A DNA stretch of 64,000 bases from Microthyrium microscopicum. Taxonomy: Eukaryota. Positions 1 to 10,481 of the stretch are shown here, piece after piece. Where the stretch lies: positions 693,530 through 757,529 of the forward strand of contig MU004238.1 in the NCBI GenBank assembly GCA_010405405.1, in the 5' to 3' direction. Every line of letters starts with the position of its first letter. Position 1 is the stretch's first letter. The notes below the pieces were generated by a model that was not told where the DNA came from, searched no databases, and saw only the letters and a list, made by a program, of their open reading frames with translations. The translations under genes and the position numbers were made by a program.

Positions 1-706
1 AGAAACCGACGATGGCTATGAGCAGCGGTATTCCGATACCGACCCCTACGCCAATGCCGGCTTTGGCGCCTGTTGTTAGGCCACCTGTACCTGAACTGCT
101 GCCAGTAGGTGATGCGGTACCAGGTCCTGCAGTAGAAGCCGATGATGCTCCTGTTGAGGCTGAAGTTGTACGCTTAGTGGTAGTTGATGTAGATGTGATG
201 CTGTAGAGCGCCGGCATACTCTTCGATGCGGTAAGGAAGCTGGCCACCGCAGAGCTGCCAGCCCAACCAACAGTGGTGACATCTGACTGAAGGGGCGTAT
301 TCCAACGCTCGTCAGATTCAGGTACGGTACATTTCGAATTGGCGGGATTCGTTCCCGTAAGATTATCCCAGTTACAGCATTCCCACTCATTGACAGTATT
401 GTCGAACCAGATGGTGTTGGCATATTGACCTTTGCAGTGGGTTGAGCAGGACGAGTCTAGAAAGTTTGGGTCGGTGCAAGCAGCAACATAGAAACGATTG
501 GTCTTTTGTGCGTTGCTGGCTGGACCATAACACAAGTTATCAGACATGCAATACGTGCCTGTTCCGCAGCAGGGCACGTAAGGACGTTGAGGAGTTGGCT
601 CGGAGCATGGGAGATAGCTGGTGAGTTGTTCTGGAATCCCATTGCTGAATACATCGTAGCAAGCATAAGCTGCGGTACCATTATATAATGTGTTATTGAT
701 TGACAT
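1..706 (-). CDS. Cys-rich ectodomain / Ser-Thr stalk / single-pass membrane protein (Mid2-like architecture), 3' end beyond the window edge
   Basis: Not in the ORF track. Hand translation from ATG 706 is open to the edge: MSINNTLYNGTAAYACYDVF...PCCGTGTYCMSDNLCYG...YVAACTDPNFLDSSCSTHC...ECCNW, then an S/T-rich stalk, then GLTTGAKAGIGVGVGIGIPLLIAIVGF (TM helix). Confidence 0.85.
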   Translation of the reverse strand, partial: MSINNTLYNGTAAYACYDVFSNGIPEQLTSYLPCSEPTPQRPYVPCCGTGTYCMSDNLCYGPASNAQKTNRFYVAACTDPNFLDSSCSTHCKGQYANTIWFDNTVNEWECCNWDNLTGTNPANSKCTVPESDERWNTPLQSDVTTVGWAGSSAVASFLTASKSMPALYSITSTSTTTKRTTSASTGASSASTAGPGTASPTGSSSGTGGLTTGAKAGIGVGVGIGIPLLIAIVGF

Positions 707-1723
707 TGTGTGAAGTCATGTATTGGACGGGCCCGCTTGTAGACTGAACAGTCAAATGGCCGCGGCCATCGATCTGATATGAGTAAGATGAGGATAAAAA
801 GTCGGTAACTCGGTATGTTCAAAGACTTTGAAGAGGCAAAGTGAGATTGCCTGACAGTTACAGGCAGGAGTTTATCTGCATCATCAAGATTCATCTTCGT
901 CCCGTCTGTTCCATACCGCGTCGCTTCGCCTTAAAACTAGAAATGCCAACTCTGTGGACCCAATGAAGCGGGTGGAAATTGAGACTAAACTTAACGTGCA
1001 TTAAGCTGCATAAGCAGTGCATTAGAATGTAGCAATTGGTCCAATTCCCACGCTTCAAGCCGTTAATTTTGGAAAATGTAGTTGGCGTGAGCGCCACCAA
1101 GCCACCATCTTCCAAGTCCAGGCTCGCAGCTTCAAAGGCTTGAGCCTTTTGCTTTCCGACGTTGAGACTTCAATCTCGGGGTTTTCCTTTTGCGTACCCA
1201 TGAAAAGCAGCTTTTTATCGTTACTGACCTGGAAATCATGTTCTCTTGTCGATTCACAACCTTCCGGCCCTCCGAACGCGTTGAGTCTGCAATTGCCCTT
1301 CAGAAGTTTTGTGATCCTACTTCACAAGCCGCAAGCAGCATCTGCTAAGACCTAGAGAGTAGAGAATCAGTGCAAAGGGGGCTGTGATGCTAGAACATTG
1401 ATGCCTCTTTGCGCAGGGCGAAGTCCTCATGACGGCTTTGATATGGAGGTATCTCGATTAGCTGCAGCAAGCAAATATGTAAGCTACGTACTATTGGATG
1501 CTCCGACTAGCTACTTTGTTACAATATGAGTGCGTGGATCATGGGCGAGTATATTCCTTGCGACAACCTTTGGTGAGCTCTATGGCAAGCATTGTGTTAC
1601 TGACGCTTGCTGCTCGAAGGTACGGCCAGGTACCTAAGTCGTCTCCTTCTTTTATACAGGCAAGGCAGGCTCGAAAACCTAAAGTTGAGGAGAACATTTG
1701 GGCTAGTGAAGTACTGCTCACAG

Positions 1724-1747
1724 GTAGGTAGGTAGATACCTACCTAC
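1724..1747. repeat. Perfect 11-bp inverted repeat built from GTAG/CTAC units, 2-nt loop
   Basis: gtaggtaggta-ga-tacctacctac. Confidence 0.8.
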
Positions 1748-2392
1748 TTAAAATAGGCAGTCGTTCAAACGTTCTTAGAGAGCTGATAGGTACTCATTTA
1801 GTACTTAACAAGCGTAGAAGTTGGAGACAGTTCGTAGTCAAGACCTTACTTGCCCCAAACACAGGAGATGTGTACTAACTTATTACCTCTGGAAGACTTG
1901 GAATTTTGCATAGGCTGTAGACTGTCCCAGGTAACAGGTTTACATGCTATTTAGGTCACTTCAAGCCAATCAAGCTTTTCCTCCATAGCTTAATCAAAGC
2001 CCTATTTTCCTTCTATGATCGTTTAGAAGACGGCATTTATCGATTCCTATCCCCGATTCATATTAAGGAATACATATGGCAAAGGAAATACCGCCAATCA
2101 TCTAAGCCAAAAAGTTGCTTACTGGAAGAAGGGTCTCGAAGTAGGCTCCGTCCAAATTTCCTCCATACGTTTCGCCAGCAGCGTGACTTGTCGTAGACGT
2201 GGAAGGTTAGCCTGGAAGACTCGAAAAAGCCCCTATCAATCTATTCGCCTCGAGATTGGATACCAAATAAGTCCTGCAAGTGATTTGGCCGGAGAATTAC
2301 ACTACCCGGCCAAGAAGAGATCAAAGAACATCCGGTCTACATACGTAAAGTTGTCACAGAGAGAGAACATCTCGAAATGATGCCATCAGACC

Positions 2393-2422
2393 ATAGTTTT
2401 CAGTAGTTTTCAGTAGTTTCCA
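2393..2422. repeat. Three tandem 10-bp units (tagttttcag) just upstream of the GH30 start
   Basis: tagttttcag tagttttcag tagtttccag. Confidence 0.75.
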
Positions 2423-2459
2423 GGTATTTTTACTCCAGCACCGCAAAGTAGAGACAAAT

Positions 2460-3933
2460 ATGGCCATCCTACACAGCTGCTTGATCTGGTCAAGTATCTT
2501 AGCTTTGACCATGGCCCAAACTCCTATCACAATCAATCTCGACAAGAAGTTTCAAACTGTCGATGGCTTTGGCTTCAGTCAAGCCTTTGGGCGGGCAAAA
2601 GAGTTTCAAACCGCATCTTCAGCTATGCAAAAGCAAGCCTTAGACTATCTCTTCGACACAACGAAAGGCGCTGGGTTTTCTATCATAAGAAACCGTATTG
2701 GCTCTGGAGGAAGTGGAGATAGTATTTTACCTACCAACCTGGGAGGCCCAACAGCGAAAGCAAAATATTCCTTTGACAAGGATGACCGCGGCCAGGTTTG
2801 GTTCACTAAGCAAGCAGTTAGTTATGGCGTCAAGACGATCTATGCAGATTCTTGGTCTGCTCCGGGATTTATGAAAACGTCTGGCTCAGAGACTAAAGCT
2901 GGGTAAGTCATCCAGTGACACTTTATGGTCATACTGACTTCTCATCAGATATATTTGCGGTACAAAAGGACGTAACTGCGCATCCGGAGACTGGCGACAA
3001 GCCTTTGCCAACTTTCTCGTCCAGTATGTCCAGGAGTATGCCGAACTTGGCTTCAATATTACACATCTTGGCTTCCTCAATGAACCTGACTTCTCACCAA
3101 GTTACTCGCAAATGCAAATCAGCACAAATGCTCAGGAGGCAATCTCATTCATCCCAATACTCTACGATACAGTCAAAGCTGCCGGTCTTGACACCAAACT
3201 GACTTGTTGCGATGCCATGGGCTGGGGAGTTCAGAGAACTTATACGTCCAACCTCGTCTCTTCTGGGGCTGTGAAACATCTCGGCGTAATAACAAGCCAT
3301 TCTTACACTGGCGATGCCACCAGTCCAATCGGTGGAACGTCACTCCCGATGTGGAATACTGAGGCTGGTCCTAAGACTTCCTTTGTGACAACCTGGCACA
3401 AAAGCGGAGGCGAGAATGAAGGCATGCACTGGGCCAACAAGATAGCCATGGCTATGGTCAACGCCCAACTATCAGCATATCTGTTCTGGGAAGGATTCGA
3501 AGTAAAACAGACTCAATCGGGCTCGCACTTAGTGGACACATTTGACGGCAAAACTGCAACTCCTTCAGGCATCTTCTGGGCTTTTGCAATGTGGTCACGG
3601 CACATTAGACCTGGCGCTGTTCGTGTTGGCATATCAGGAGCGCTTCCTGGAACTATCACTGGTGCTTTTCAGAACAAGGACGGATCAGTAGTGGTCGTGT
3701 TCACAAACAATGGAGCATCTACTCAGTCCGCAAAAGTAGCTATTTCCGGGTTCTCTGCAAGCTCTGCCGCAGCTTGGGTCACCAGCTCAAGCGCAACATT
3801 TGCAACGACTCCTGCTACTCTATCAGGAGGTGCTGTTACCGTGTCTATTCCTGCTCGTAGCGTGGTTACTGTCAAGTTTGGTAAACAGGAACCAGACAAA
3901 AAGCCGATTTCTAAGACTGAGATGGCTCAATAG
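2460..3933 (+). CDS. Secreted glycoside hydrolase family 30, subfamily 7-like (glucurono)xylanase; intron 2903-2948
   Basis: Signal peptide, QTVDGFGFSQAFGRA, SWSAPGFMKT. The GTAAGT..CTGAC..CAG intron joins to GYICG...GFLNEPD (acid/base Glu). Also the CCD Cys pair, WNTE nucleophile, YLFWEG and a C-terminal beta-sandwich (RHIRPGAVRV...SVVT). Confidence 0.93.
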
Positions 3934-4202
3934 AATCCCATCATTATGGCAATGTTTTGATTTTCCATTATTACCTCCATTAGTTTGATACCGCAAAGCA
4001 ATTCATGAAACTCCTTCTCGGTATTTACTTCCCAATACATGCTCATCTTCCGAATCTCCTGACTGAGCGTCGAAATATTTTGGCCCATAGTGTAATCAAT
4101 CGCTAAACTTTGCAAGGCCCCTTCCGCATAGATCTTGAACTCTTTGCTTTTCCGCTTCTGCACTCGCAATGGTTATTACCTATGTACCTCTCCACTCACT
4201 TT

Positions 4203-6380
4203 TCAGTTCTTTTTCCTCCTCTTAGCCTCAGGTAGTTCTCCATATTCAGGTGGAAGGTCTGCGAGACGACGAGAATTTCGACTTGTAGCTTGTGGCAGCT
4301 CTGACTTCGTTCTTTCTTTTCTCGAATTGGTTCTTTTGGTTGTAGTCCTGGGCTTTCGCGCGGATGGCTTTGAGGTTTCGGCTTGGCTTGGTAAGGCCTG
4401 CTCTGATAGAACTGGCTCCGCGATCGGTTTATCAGCTTCGGGAGTTGGGGTTTTCGGACGCACTACTTCTGGGACTGTTGGCATGGAGGAGCCAGCTTGA
4501 TCGGTCCTAACTTTCTTCGGCGATGGCCCAGGTGAGCCACTATCTGGACTCCTGTCACGTTTGCGTGAGGGCGAGGTCGCTGTTATTGGGCGAGCAGGAT
4601 CCTCTGCGGAAGCTGCGTAAGTCGTCGTTTGAGTGGCAGAGAACTGTACTGTTGCGGTCTTCTCTGTAGTAGCTATAACAGGAGCTGAAGCTCCCTCGGG
4701 AAGTGCGCTTGACTGGGACGTCGTATGTACCTCGAGAACATCAGAAACTATCAAGCTCTGGGAGCTGATGGTTTCAGTCGCTTTAGAGGGTGGAGGCATA
4801 GTAGTACTGCTTTCAGCAACGTCGTTGGTTCCATTAACTTCAGATTCGGTAGCCGTAGCGTTTGTTGAAGATAACTTGGGCCTGGGTACCTCATGACTAT
4901 CGCTCTGTTCATCTTCTATGATGTCGTGCTCAGGCTCCAGACCTCCGATAAAGACCTCTTGTTGGAGTCTATTAATACGCTCTTCAGTCGAGGTAAGTGC
5001 CTCTCTGGGAATTGTGCCATCTACGTTCTGCCTGACAATCTCCGCGACCTGCTCTATATAGCGCCGCCATGGAGAACTAAGCTCATTGATTGGCAGCGGA
5101 ACATTGCCGGTACTGCCGGTACTGTTTGGTCGACTGATGTTTGTAGTTCGCCCACTGGAGAGGGTATCGGCAGTGTGCGCGTTGCGATGTTGACGCCAAG
5201 GAGGAGGGATTTGGGTCAGATCATTATTCCTTATTCCGCCTTCAGTCGTAGGCAAGACTCCGAATAGAGGTTCCGGGACGTATTGAGTGAGCCTAGTCAT
5301 GAGTTCTGGTACAGGCATACTTCTGTATGTCCAATCTTTGGGAAATTTTCCATCTTCTCCACTGAAAGGCATGGGAATATCAATAACCCAATCTTCCATA
5401 TTGACTCCTACGTCTGCTGACTTGAGAATCAATCCAGCAATCTCATGAAATCCACAATTATCTGTGTGTATGTTCCGCCGATGGTTTTGATCCACGAGGC
5501 ACATATACCATATGAAGCTGAGATTTAGATGATGCACGTAGGCACGAGCGATGCGCTTCAGTTCGGTAGCAAAAAAGCGCGCTTTGGCGTCAGGCCAATG
5601 ATCTTTATCGGAGAACAAGTTTTGTCGAGTACGCCAGTGTATCGCGAGGAATTCGATGTCTCGATAGGTCATCAACTCTCCAAGTATACTTTGTGGGTCT
5701 GGGCGATCGGATCTGTACGAACTCTCGTCGAGATAGTAGGAACTTGGTAGAGTAAGTGACTCTGCGTTTGGAACTGAAACTCGGACATGCTTCAAGAAGG
5801 CTGTATTAGAGCCAATGTGTCTTTGAAGATTCAAAGTTTTCATGCTATTTGCAAAGGCAAAAAAGAATGGCTGCCCATACAATACCGCGGCAGCTTCTAT
5901 GTGAATCCATCTGGACGCTCCCAGAAGATTGACTGCAGGGCCGTAGTTCTGCACCCGGCGCTTAGCATGTCCGTATCTGAGGAAAAGTGATGGTGCCTTC
6001 AAAACCGATTGCTTTGTTCTCACCAACTCGTTGAGTGTCGTGTCATGAGAATCATATAGGGTGTCAAGAATGATGCCCACACGGCTTATCTCGGCAACAC
6101 CAACATTGTGGTTCCAGTGCCATGGCTTCTTTGGGTCCGGTCCATTGATATCCAATTCAGAATCAGGCAGGAAGAGAATGCATTCGTCTGGCGCCAGATC
6201 GAACAGCGCACGATAAATGGCTTGACGGAGACTGGGACCTATGCCTATGAAGCTATTTCGAGTAGAAGTCCCGTCGAGCTCGGGGGATAAAGCGGCCATT
6301 TTTCCAACTGCGTTACTGGATATCGGGATCGTGAGGAGGAGAGGTAGAGAGTTGAAGTTAATCGGAGAGGTGTAATCCAA
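4203..6380 (-). CDS. Uncharacterised ~700-aa protein: weak N-terminal F-box-like motif, globular core, disordered S/T/P-rich basic C-terminus with NLS-like motifs
   Basis: 725-codon ORF. SFIGIGPSLRQAIYRALF resembles the fungal F-box-like LPxELRxxIY motif. PSPKKVRT and KRRKK are NLS-like. The true start may be the second Met (MAALSP, ~6299). Confidence 0.8.
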   Translation of the reverse strand: MDYTSPINFNSLPLLLTIPISSNAVGKMAALSPELDGTSTRNSFIGIGPSLRQAIYRALFDLAPDECILFLPDSELDINGPDPKKPWHWNHNVGVAEISRVGIILDTLYDSHDTTLNELVRTKQSVLKAPSLFLRYGHAKRRVQNYGPAVNLLGASRWIHIEAAAVLYGQPFFFAFANSMKTLNLQRHIGSNTAFLKHVRVSVPNAESLTLPSSYYLDESSYRSDRPDPQSILGELMTYRDIEFLAIHWRTRQNLFSDKDHWPDAKARFFATELKRIARAYVHHLNLSFIWYMCLVDQNHRRNIHTDNCGFHEIAGLILKSADVGVNMEDWVIDIPMPFSGEDGKFPKDWTYRSMPVPELMTRLTQYVPEPLFGVLPTTEGGIRNNDLTQIPPPWRQHRNAHTADTLSSGRTTNISRPNSTGSTGNVPLPINELSSPWRRYIEQVAEIVRQNVDGTIPREALTSTEERINRLQQEVFIGGLEPEHDIIEDEQSDSHEVPRPKLSSTNATATESEVNGTNDVAESSTTMPPPSKATETISSQSLIVSDVLEVHTTSQSSALPEGASAPVIATTEKTATVQFSATQTTTYAASAEDPARPITATSPSRKRDRSPDSGSPGPSPKKVRTDQAGSSMPTVPEVVRPKTPTPEADKPIAEPVLSEQALPSQAETSKPSARKPRTTTKRTNSRKERTKSELPQATSRNSRRLADLPPEYGELPEAKRRKKN

Positions 6381-6983
6381 CTAGCCAAAAACGCTGGACA
6401 TGAAAATTGAACAGATGCGATAGTACTGGTTTCTCGATCGAAATCGGTCGAACAAAGAAATCTACGTATGCTTTCAGGATATTCCCAGAGTAAGAAAAAA
6501 AAACTTGCAGTGACTGACCAAAGCATAACAAAGAACAAAGAAAGATTCAAGAGCCGCTTCCGACTTAATTGTTTAACCCTGCATGCATGGCCTGTATTGA
6601 CCGCGATTGTTCTCATACTTCAAAGTCTCAAGCACCGCACTACAATCAAGTTAGTTCGAAGTATACCATATCACGAGCCTTTCAGATGGCAAGCGACAGT
6701 GTTGAACCTCGACATGGAGAGTATGGGTTGTTGAGCCTGGTATCATTCTGCGTCATCAGCTTCTTCATATTGGTTGCTCTGTTTCTAAACACTATCGCTT
6801 CGGGCATAATTTCCTTGTATCATTGGCTGTTCTAGAGTATCTGCTTTCTGGAATGCAGGAGTCGGACTTCCTCCATCACTTAGCGATGTATGTAGAACGG
6901 TTTTCGAGATTTAGACATATTGTCTAAGTCTGTTAGCTGTCATTTCGTCAAAAGTCTGGCAATAAGGATGGAAACAACAGCGT

Positions 6984-9900
6984 TCAGATCTTTCCAGTTC
7001 TCTTTGCTTTGTCGCCAATCCTCTCCAACGCAGTATGCAATCTCTTGCTTCCTCCCTCAGCGCGCCGACGTGGAGCGAACGCTCCAGCCCCAACACTGCC
7101 ACCAAAGAATTGCGTTATGTTGGACTGCGTGCCTTCGTTTTCGCGGCGATTCATGTCCCGAATGACCGGCACGAGAATCTCGTCAGTCCGCTCAGCGCTC
7201 CATCCAATTGTTGACATCAGAAATGCACGCAAAGCAGCAAGATCGGGTACACCCCACACAAAGTCAGACGGATCCGAGTCGACTTCAGGATGGAGATACG
7301 CCTCCTCAACCCTAGCGTCCGGAAATGCAGTTGGAAGAAATACTTTCGTGCTATTTCGTCGAAACTTTTGCCGAAAGACGTTCATGGCATCGTCTGCTTT
7401 TGAACGACTTCCGTTTTGAACTTCAGCCCACCAGTCGCGAAAGGTTTCTAGGGTGTCAAACTCGGAGAGTATTTCGAGCGCAGTGACTGGACCCACGCCA
7501 GGTAATCCTTCCACATAATCACTGCCAAGAAGTTGAGCGATGTCAATGAGGCGTTGGCGAGTGAGCCCAAACTCTAATTCGAGATCAGTCGTTAGGTAAC
7601 ATTCCACCAGCTTGGCCTGATTGAACATGTTTTTGTACACGCGAGTACCGCCAAATAGAAAAATGTCCGAATCATCAGTTACCACACCGTCCACCAATCC
7701 GAGATGGACAAGCTCGGCACATTGAGCTTCAGCCTCCATTGGAGCAGTAATATATGGGAGACCAAAGAGACTGAGAAGCTGCTGGCACTCTGTAATCATA
7801 TTTTGACTGACTTCGTCGGCATCACGCAGGTCTTTCTTCTTTTGGGTTTTCAATTCCTTCAGCTCTCGCTCAAAATCTGCAATATTATCCGCTAAAGAGC
7901 GGTTACTGAGACTCGATGCAAAGCGAAGATGCTCTTCCTCCTCCTGGGCAAGTTGTCGAAATAATTCTTCCTCCTCAGGGTCAGAGTAGCTAAATTCTTC
8001 ATCTTCATTCTTTAAGGCCTCATTTTGTGTGATTTGTTCATCTGCTGGTGGCTGGTTGGTTTCGCTTGGTGCCCGTGATGAATTTTCTGGGTCGAGTTGC
8101 ATTTCGGGTTGTGTGATGATCTCGTGAGCGTTTGGCGCAACAAGTACTTCCTCCCAGTCCATATCTTCTTCGTCCTCTATATCGTTCTGTGAGTGCGCCG
8201 AGAAGACCGAAGAATATTTCTGGATTGCTTCACGTTCTTTAGCAGTTGGTAGAGAAGTCAAATTGTTAAGACCTGGAGTCTCGTGCTGCGTCTCATCATC
8301 TCTCGGGGCTGATGAGGCAGGACTGATGGGTTTTGATTGCTCTTGAGCTTTTCTACTTTGTATTCGAGTTGTGGTCGCCGGTATTCTCATCTCTGTTTTG
8401 GAGACACTCAGGACCGGTCTCTGTGTTTGTTTCTCGTCTTGTTCCGTTCCCAGGATATGCTGGGGCTCGCTTTCCATTCTTTCAGTGGTCTCAAAGCTCC
8501 GATGACTTTGGATTAGATCCTCCTTCGCGGTAGGTATGTCATCTTCCGCTTCCAGATCGATTATTTCGATTTGGTCACTGATTCTCGGTCGTTCCTCAAA
8601 TATGAAGCTTGCAGCTGGGTTGGTGGTTCTGGGTTTCGCTGGGCCAATTATGGTTGTAACATCGGTCTGCGTCTTGTCTGCTTTATCTGAAAACCAAGGT
8701 GGCAGTGGCTCTGCCCGCGGCTTCTTCTTTTCTGGAGTATCGTCTACGATGAATCCTCCAGCTTCTTTCTCTGGTTGTTTGCGTTTCTTGGAGAATAGAG
8801 ACTGCCCCAGATCGAGCTTCTCAAACGGAAGTGGTCCATCAAAGCCAGAAGCCTTTACGACATCAGATGTTTCTCCAGATTTTGATGAAGAGCCGTTATG
8901 CAGCTCACGTCTTGAATTACGAAGAGCAGCTTGAAATCCTATGTCATCCTCGTCATCGTCAGATTCAGCTGCGAAAGGCTGATTGACTGGTTTTGTAGAC
9001 TTCATAGCTCGCGCATTAGCTGCTTTGGCTATAGTCATGCCGCTGCCCTTAAAGAATGGCGCGGGTTCGTCTACTTTTCTCTGCTCCTCAAACACTGGCT
9101 GTTTCCTCTGTTTCCCATTGCCTGGGTCTTGCTCCACTTCTTCATGGTCTTGCTGCAAGGAAAGAGCAATAGCGTGCTGAAGATCTGGGTCTTCGTCCTC
9201 GCGAGGCCCATTTCCTGCAACCTCCTCCCACTCTTCATCGGATTCTTGCTGTACGAACAAAGACTCCTCGGCCGGGGCTGCGATTGGCTTCCTCAAGCCG
9301 CTGCCCTTTGACTTAGCCTTATACACGCCTCGACGTTTCGCATTGTTTCGTGATAAGAGACTAGTTGCCATGTTCTTAGGCTTTATCTTAGGAAGTTGAT
9401 CAATGCCCACCATTGGAACATCCTCAAACTCATCCTCTTCGCTGTCGCTATCTTCTTGGAGTCCTTGGGCTTTACCGATCTGATCCACATCAATTGGTTG
9501 ATCCTTTTGTCCCTCAGTATCAACTACACCCAGAGCCCAGCCACCTTCAACACCATCGTTCTTGATCAAAACATATTCTCGATTTTTCTCGCCTGCCACA
9601 CGATGGGTTCCACCAAGGGATCCATCTCCAGTGAGACCTTGGAGGCGCATTAAGCGCTGAGTGAGCTCATTTCGTTCTCGCACACGTTCAATCTGAAATT
9701 TCGAGAACGCCATGCGGTCAGGGAACATTTGATCTAACTGGTCCTTTGAATACCCCATTCTGAGTCGGCTTCTGAGTCTCGCGGCATTTAGAATGTTGTA
9801 CTGATCGCTTCCTGGCAACCCCTGGAAGAACATGCTGTCAAAGTCGATCTTCGAAAAATCATACACGTTGACGCTCTCACCCGAGCTGAAATGATTTGCA

Positions 9901-10481
9901 TGACTTTGTAATTCCTCCAGACTCATGATACGCGGATCATTTGGCTGGCCCATCTCTGCCATGCTCGCCTCTAGCTCTGGCAAGTCATAAGCGTCTTTTT
10001 TGCGAAACTTGCGATTCCGTTGGCGTTCTGCTGGCGTCATGCCAATCTCATCCACGTAGACAGCATCTTCCGGAATCACTTCTTCTGGAGCTGCGTGCCG
10101 ATCGCGACTCTTGGCGTTCTCATCTTCAGCCAGGCGCTGAAGCTGCAATGCCAGAAGTCGCCCGGCGGTCCTGGCGGCATCTTCACGTCTGCCCTCTCGG
10201 CGACTCTTGCGACCACTAATAGTCTGTCTCTTCAATGCTGGGGCGCCACCATCAAAGACAAACACTGGCTTGATCCCAACAAAAAGTAGTTTGCATATAC
10301 GTCGGAAGAAACCAACAATGTGCGAGTTGCGCAGTTGATTGCCCTCCTTGTCACGAACGGCCTTTAGGAACTGGTATATCCAGATGGATGCATCGATAGC
10401 TAGGCGCTTCTTGTTCAAGGTTTCGAGCTTGATAGGCCGCGCGCATGGCTGCAGGACCGTCCAGAGGCCGGTAACACCCAT
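6984..10481 (-). CDS. RAD2: XPG/Rad2 structure-specific endonuclease (nucleotide excision repair)
   Basis: Conserved start MGVTGLW at 10481 (the ORF-track start at 10613 is probably too long). XPG-N: AIDASIWIYQF, VFVFDG. XPG-I: APMEAEAQCA, TDDSDIFLFG, LLGSDY. H3TH: GLPGVGPVTA. PIP box QSNITQFF. UIM-like DPDLQHAIALSLQ. Confidence 0.97.
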   Translation of the reverse strand: MGVTGLWTVLQPCARPIKLETLNKKRLAIDASIWIYQFLKAVRDKEGNQLRNSHIVGFFRRICKLLFVGIKPVFVFDGGAPALKRQTISGRKSRREGRREDAARTAGRLLALQLQRLAEDENAKSRDRHAAPEEVIPEDAVYVDEIGMTPAERQRNRKFRKKDAYDLPELEASMAEMGQPNDPRIMSLEELQSHANHFSSGESVNVYDFSKIDFDSMFFQGLPGSDQYNILNAARLRSRLRMGYSKDQLDQMFPDRMAFSKFQIERVRERNELTQRLMRLQGLTGDGSLGGTHRVAGEKNREYVLIKNDGVEGGWALGVVDTEGQKDQPIDVDQIGKAQGLQEDSDSEEDEFEDVPMVGIDQLPKIKPKNMATSLLSRNNAKRRGVYKAKSKGSGLRKPIAAPAEESLFVQQESDEEWEEVAGNGPREDEDPDLQHAIALSLQQDHEEVEQDPGNGKQRKQPVFEEQRKVDEPAPFFKGSGMTIAKAANARAMKSTKPVNQPFAAESDDDEDDIGFQAALRNSRRELHNGSSSKSGETSDVVKASGFDGPLPFEKLDLGQSLFSKKRKQPEKEAGGFIVDDTPEKKKPRAEPLPPWFSDKADKTQTDVTTIIGPAKPRTTNPAASFIFEERPRISDQIEIIDLEAEDDIPTAKEDLIQSHRSFETTERMESEPQHILGTEQDEKQTQRPVLSVSKTEMRIPATTTRIQSRKAQEQSKPISPASSAPRDDETQHETPGLNNLTSLPTAKEREAIQKYSSVFSAHSQNDIEDEEDMDWEEVLVAPNAHEIITQPEMQLDPENSSRAPSETNQPPADEQITQNEALKNEDEEFSYSDPEEEELFRQLAQEEEEHLRFASSLSNRSLADNIADFERELKELKTQKKKDLRDADEVSQNMITECQQLLSLFGLPYITAPMEAEAQCAELVHLGLVDGVVTDDSDIFLFGGTRVYKNMFNQAKLVECYLTTDLELEFGLTRQRLIDIAQLLGSDYVEGLPGVGPVTALEILSEFDTLETFRDWWAEVQNGSRSKADDAMNVFRQKFRRNSTKVFLPTAFPDARVEEAYLHPEVDSDPSDFVWGVPDLAALRAFLMSTIGWSAERTDEILVPVIRDMNRRENEGTQSNITQFFGGSVGAGAFAPRRRAEGGSKRLHTALERIGDKAKRTGKI

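Noticed and set aside
76..894. ORF-track entries 12..206, 76..423, 457..894
   Set aside because: Wrong-frame or antisense shadows of the real minus-strand gene starting at 706.
2207..2212. XlnR-like GGCTAA site (reverse strand) upstream of the GH30 gene
   Set aside because: A single hexamer is expected by chance; plausible but not supportable.
6925..6938. Branch-point/acceptor-like GCTAACAGACTTAG after the RAD2 stop, suggesting an extra exon
   Set aside because: No convincing donor before the stop, and all downstream frames close quickly.
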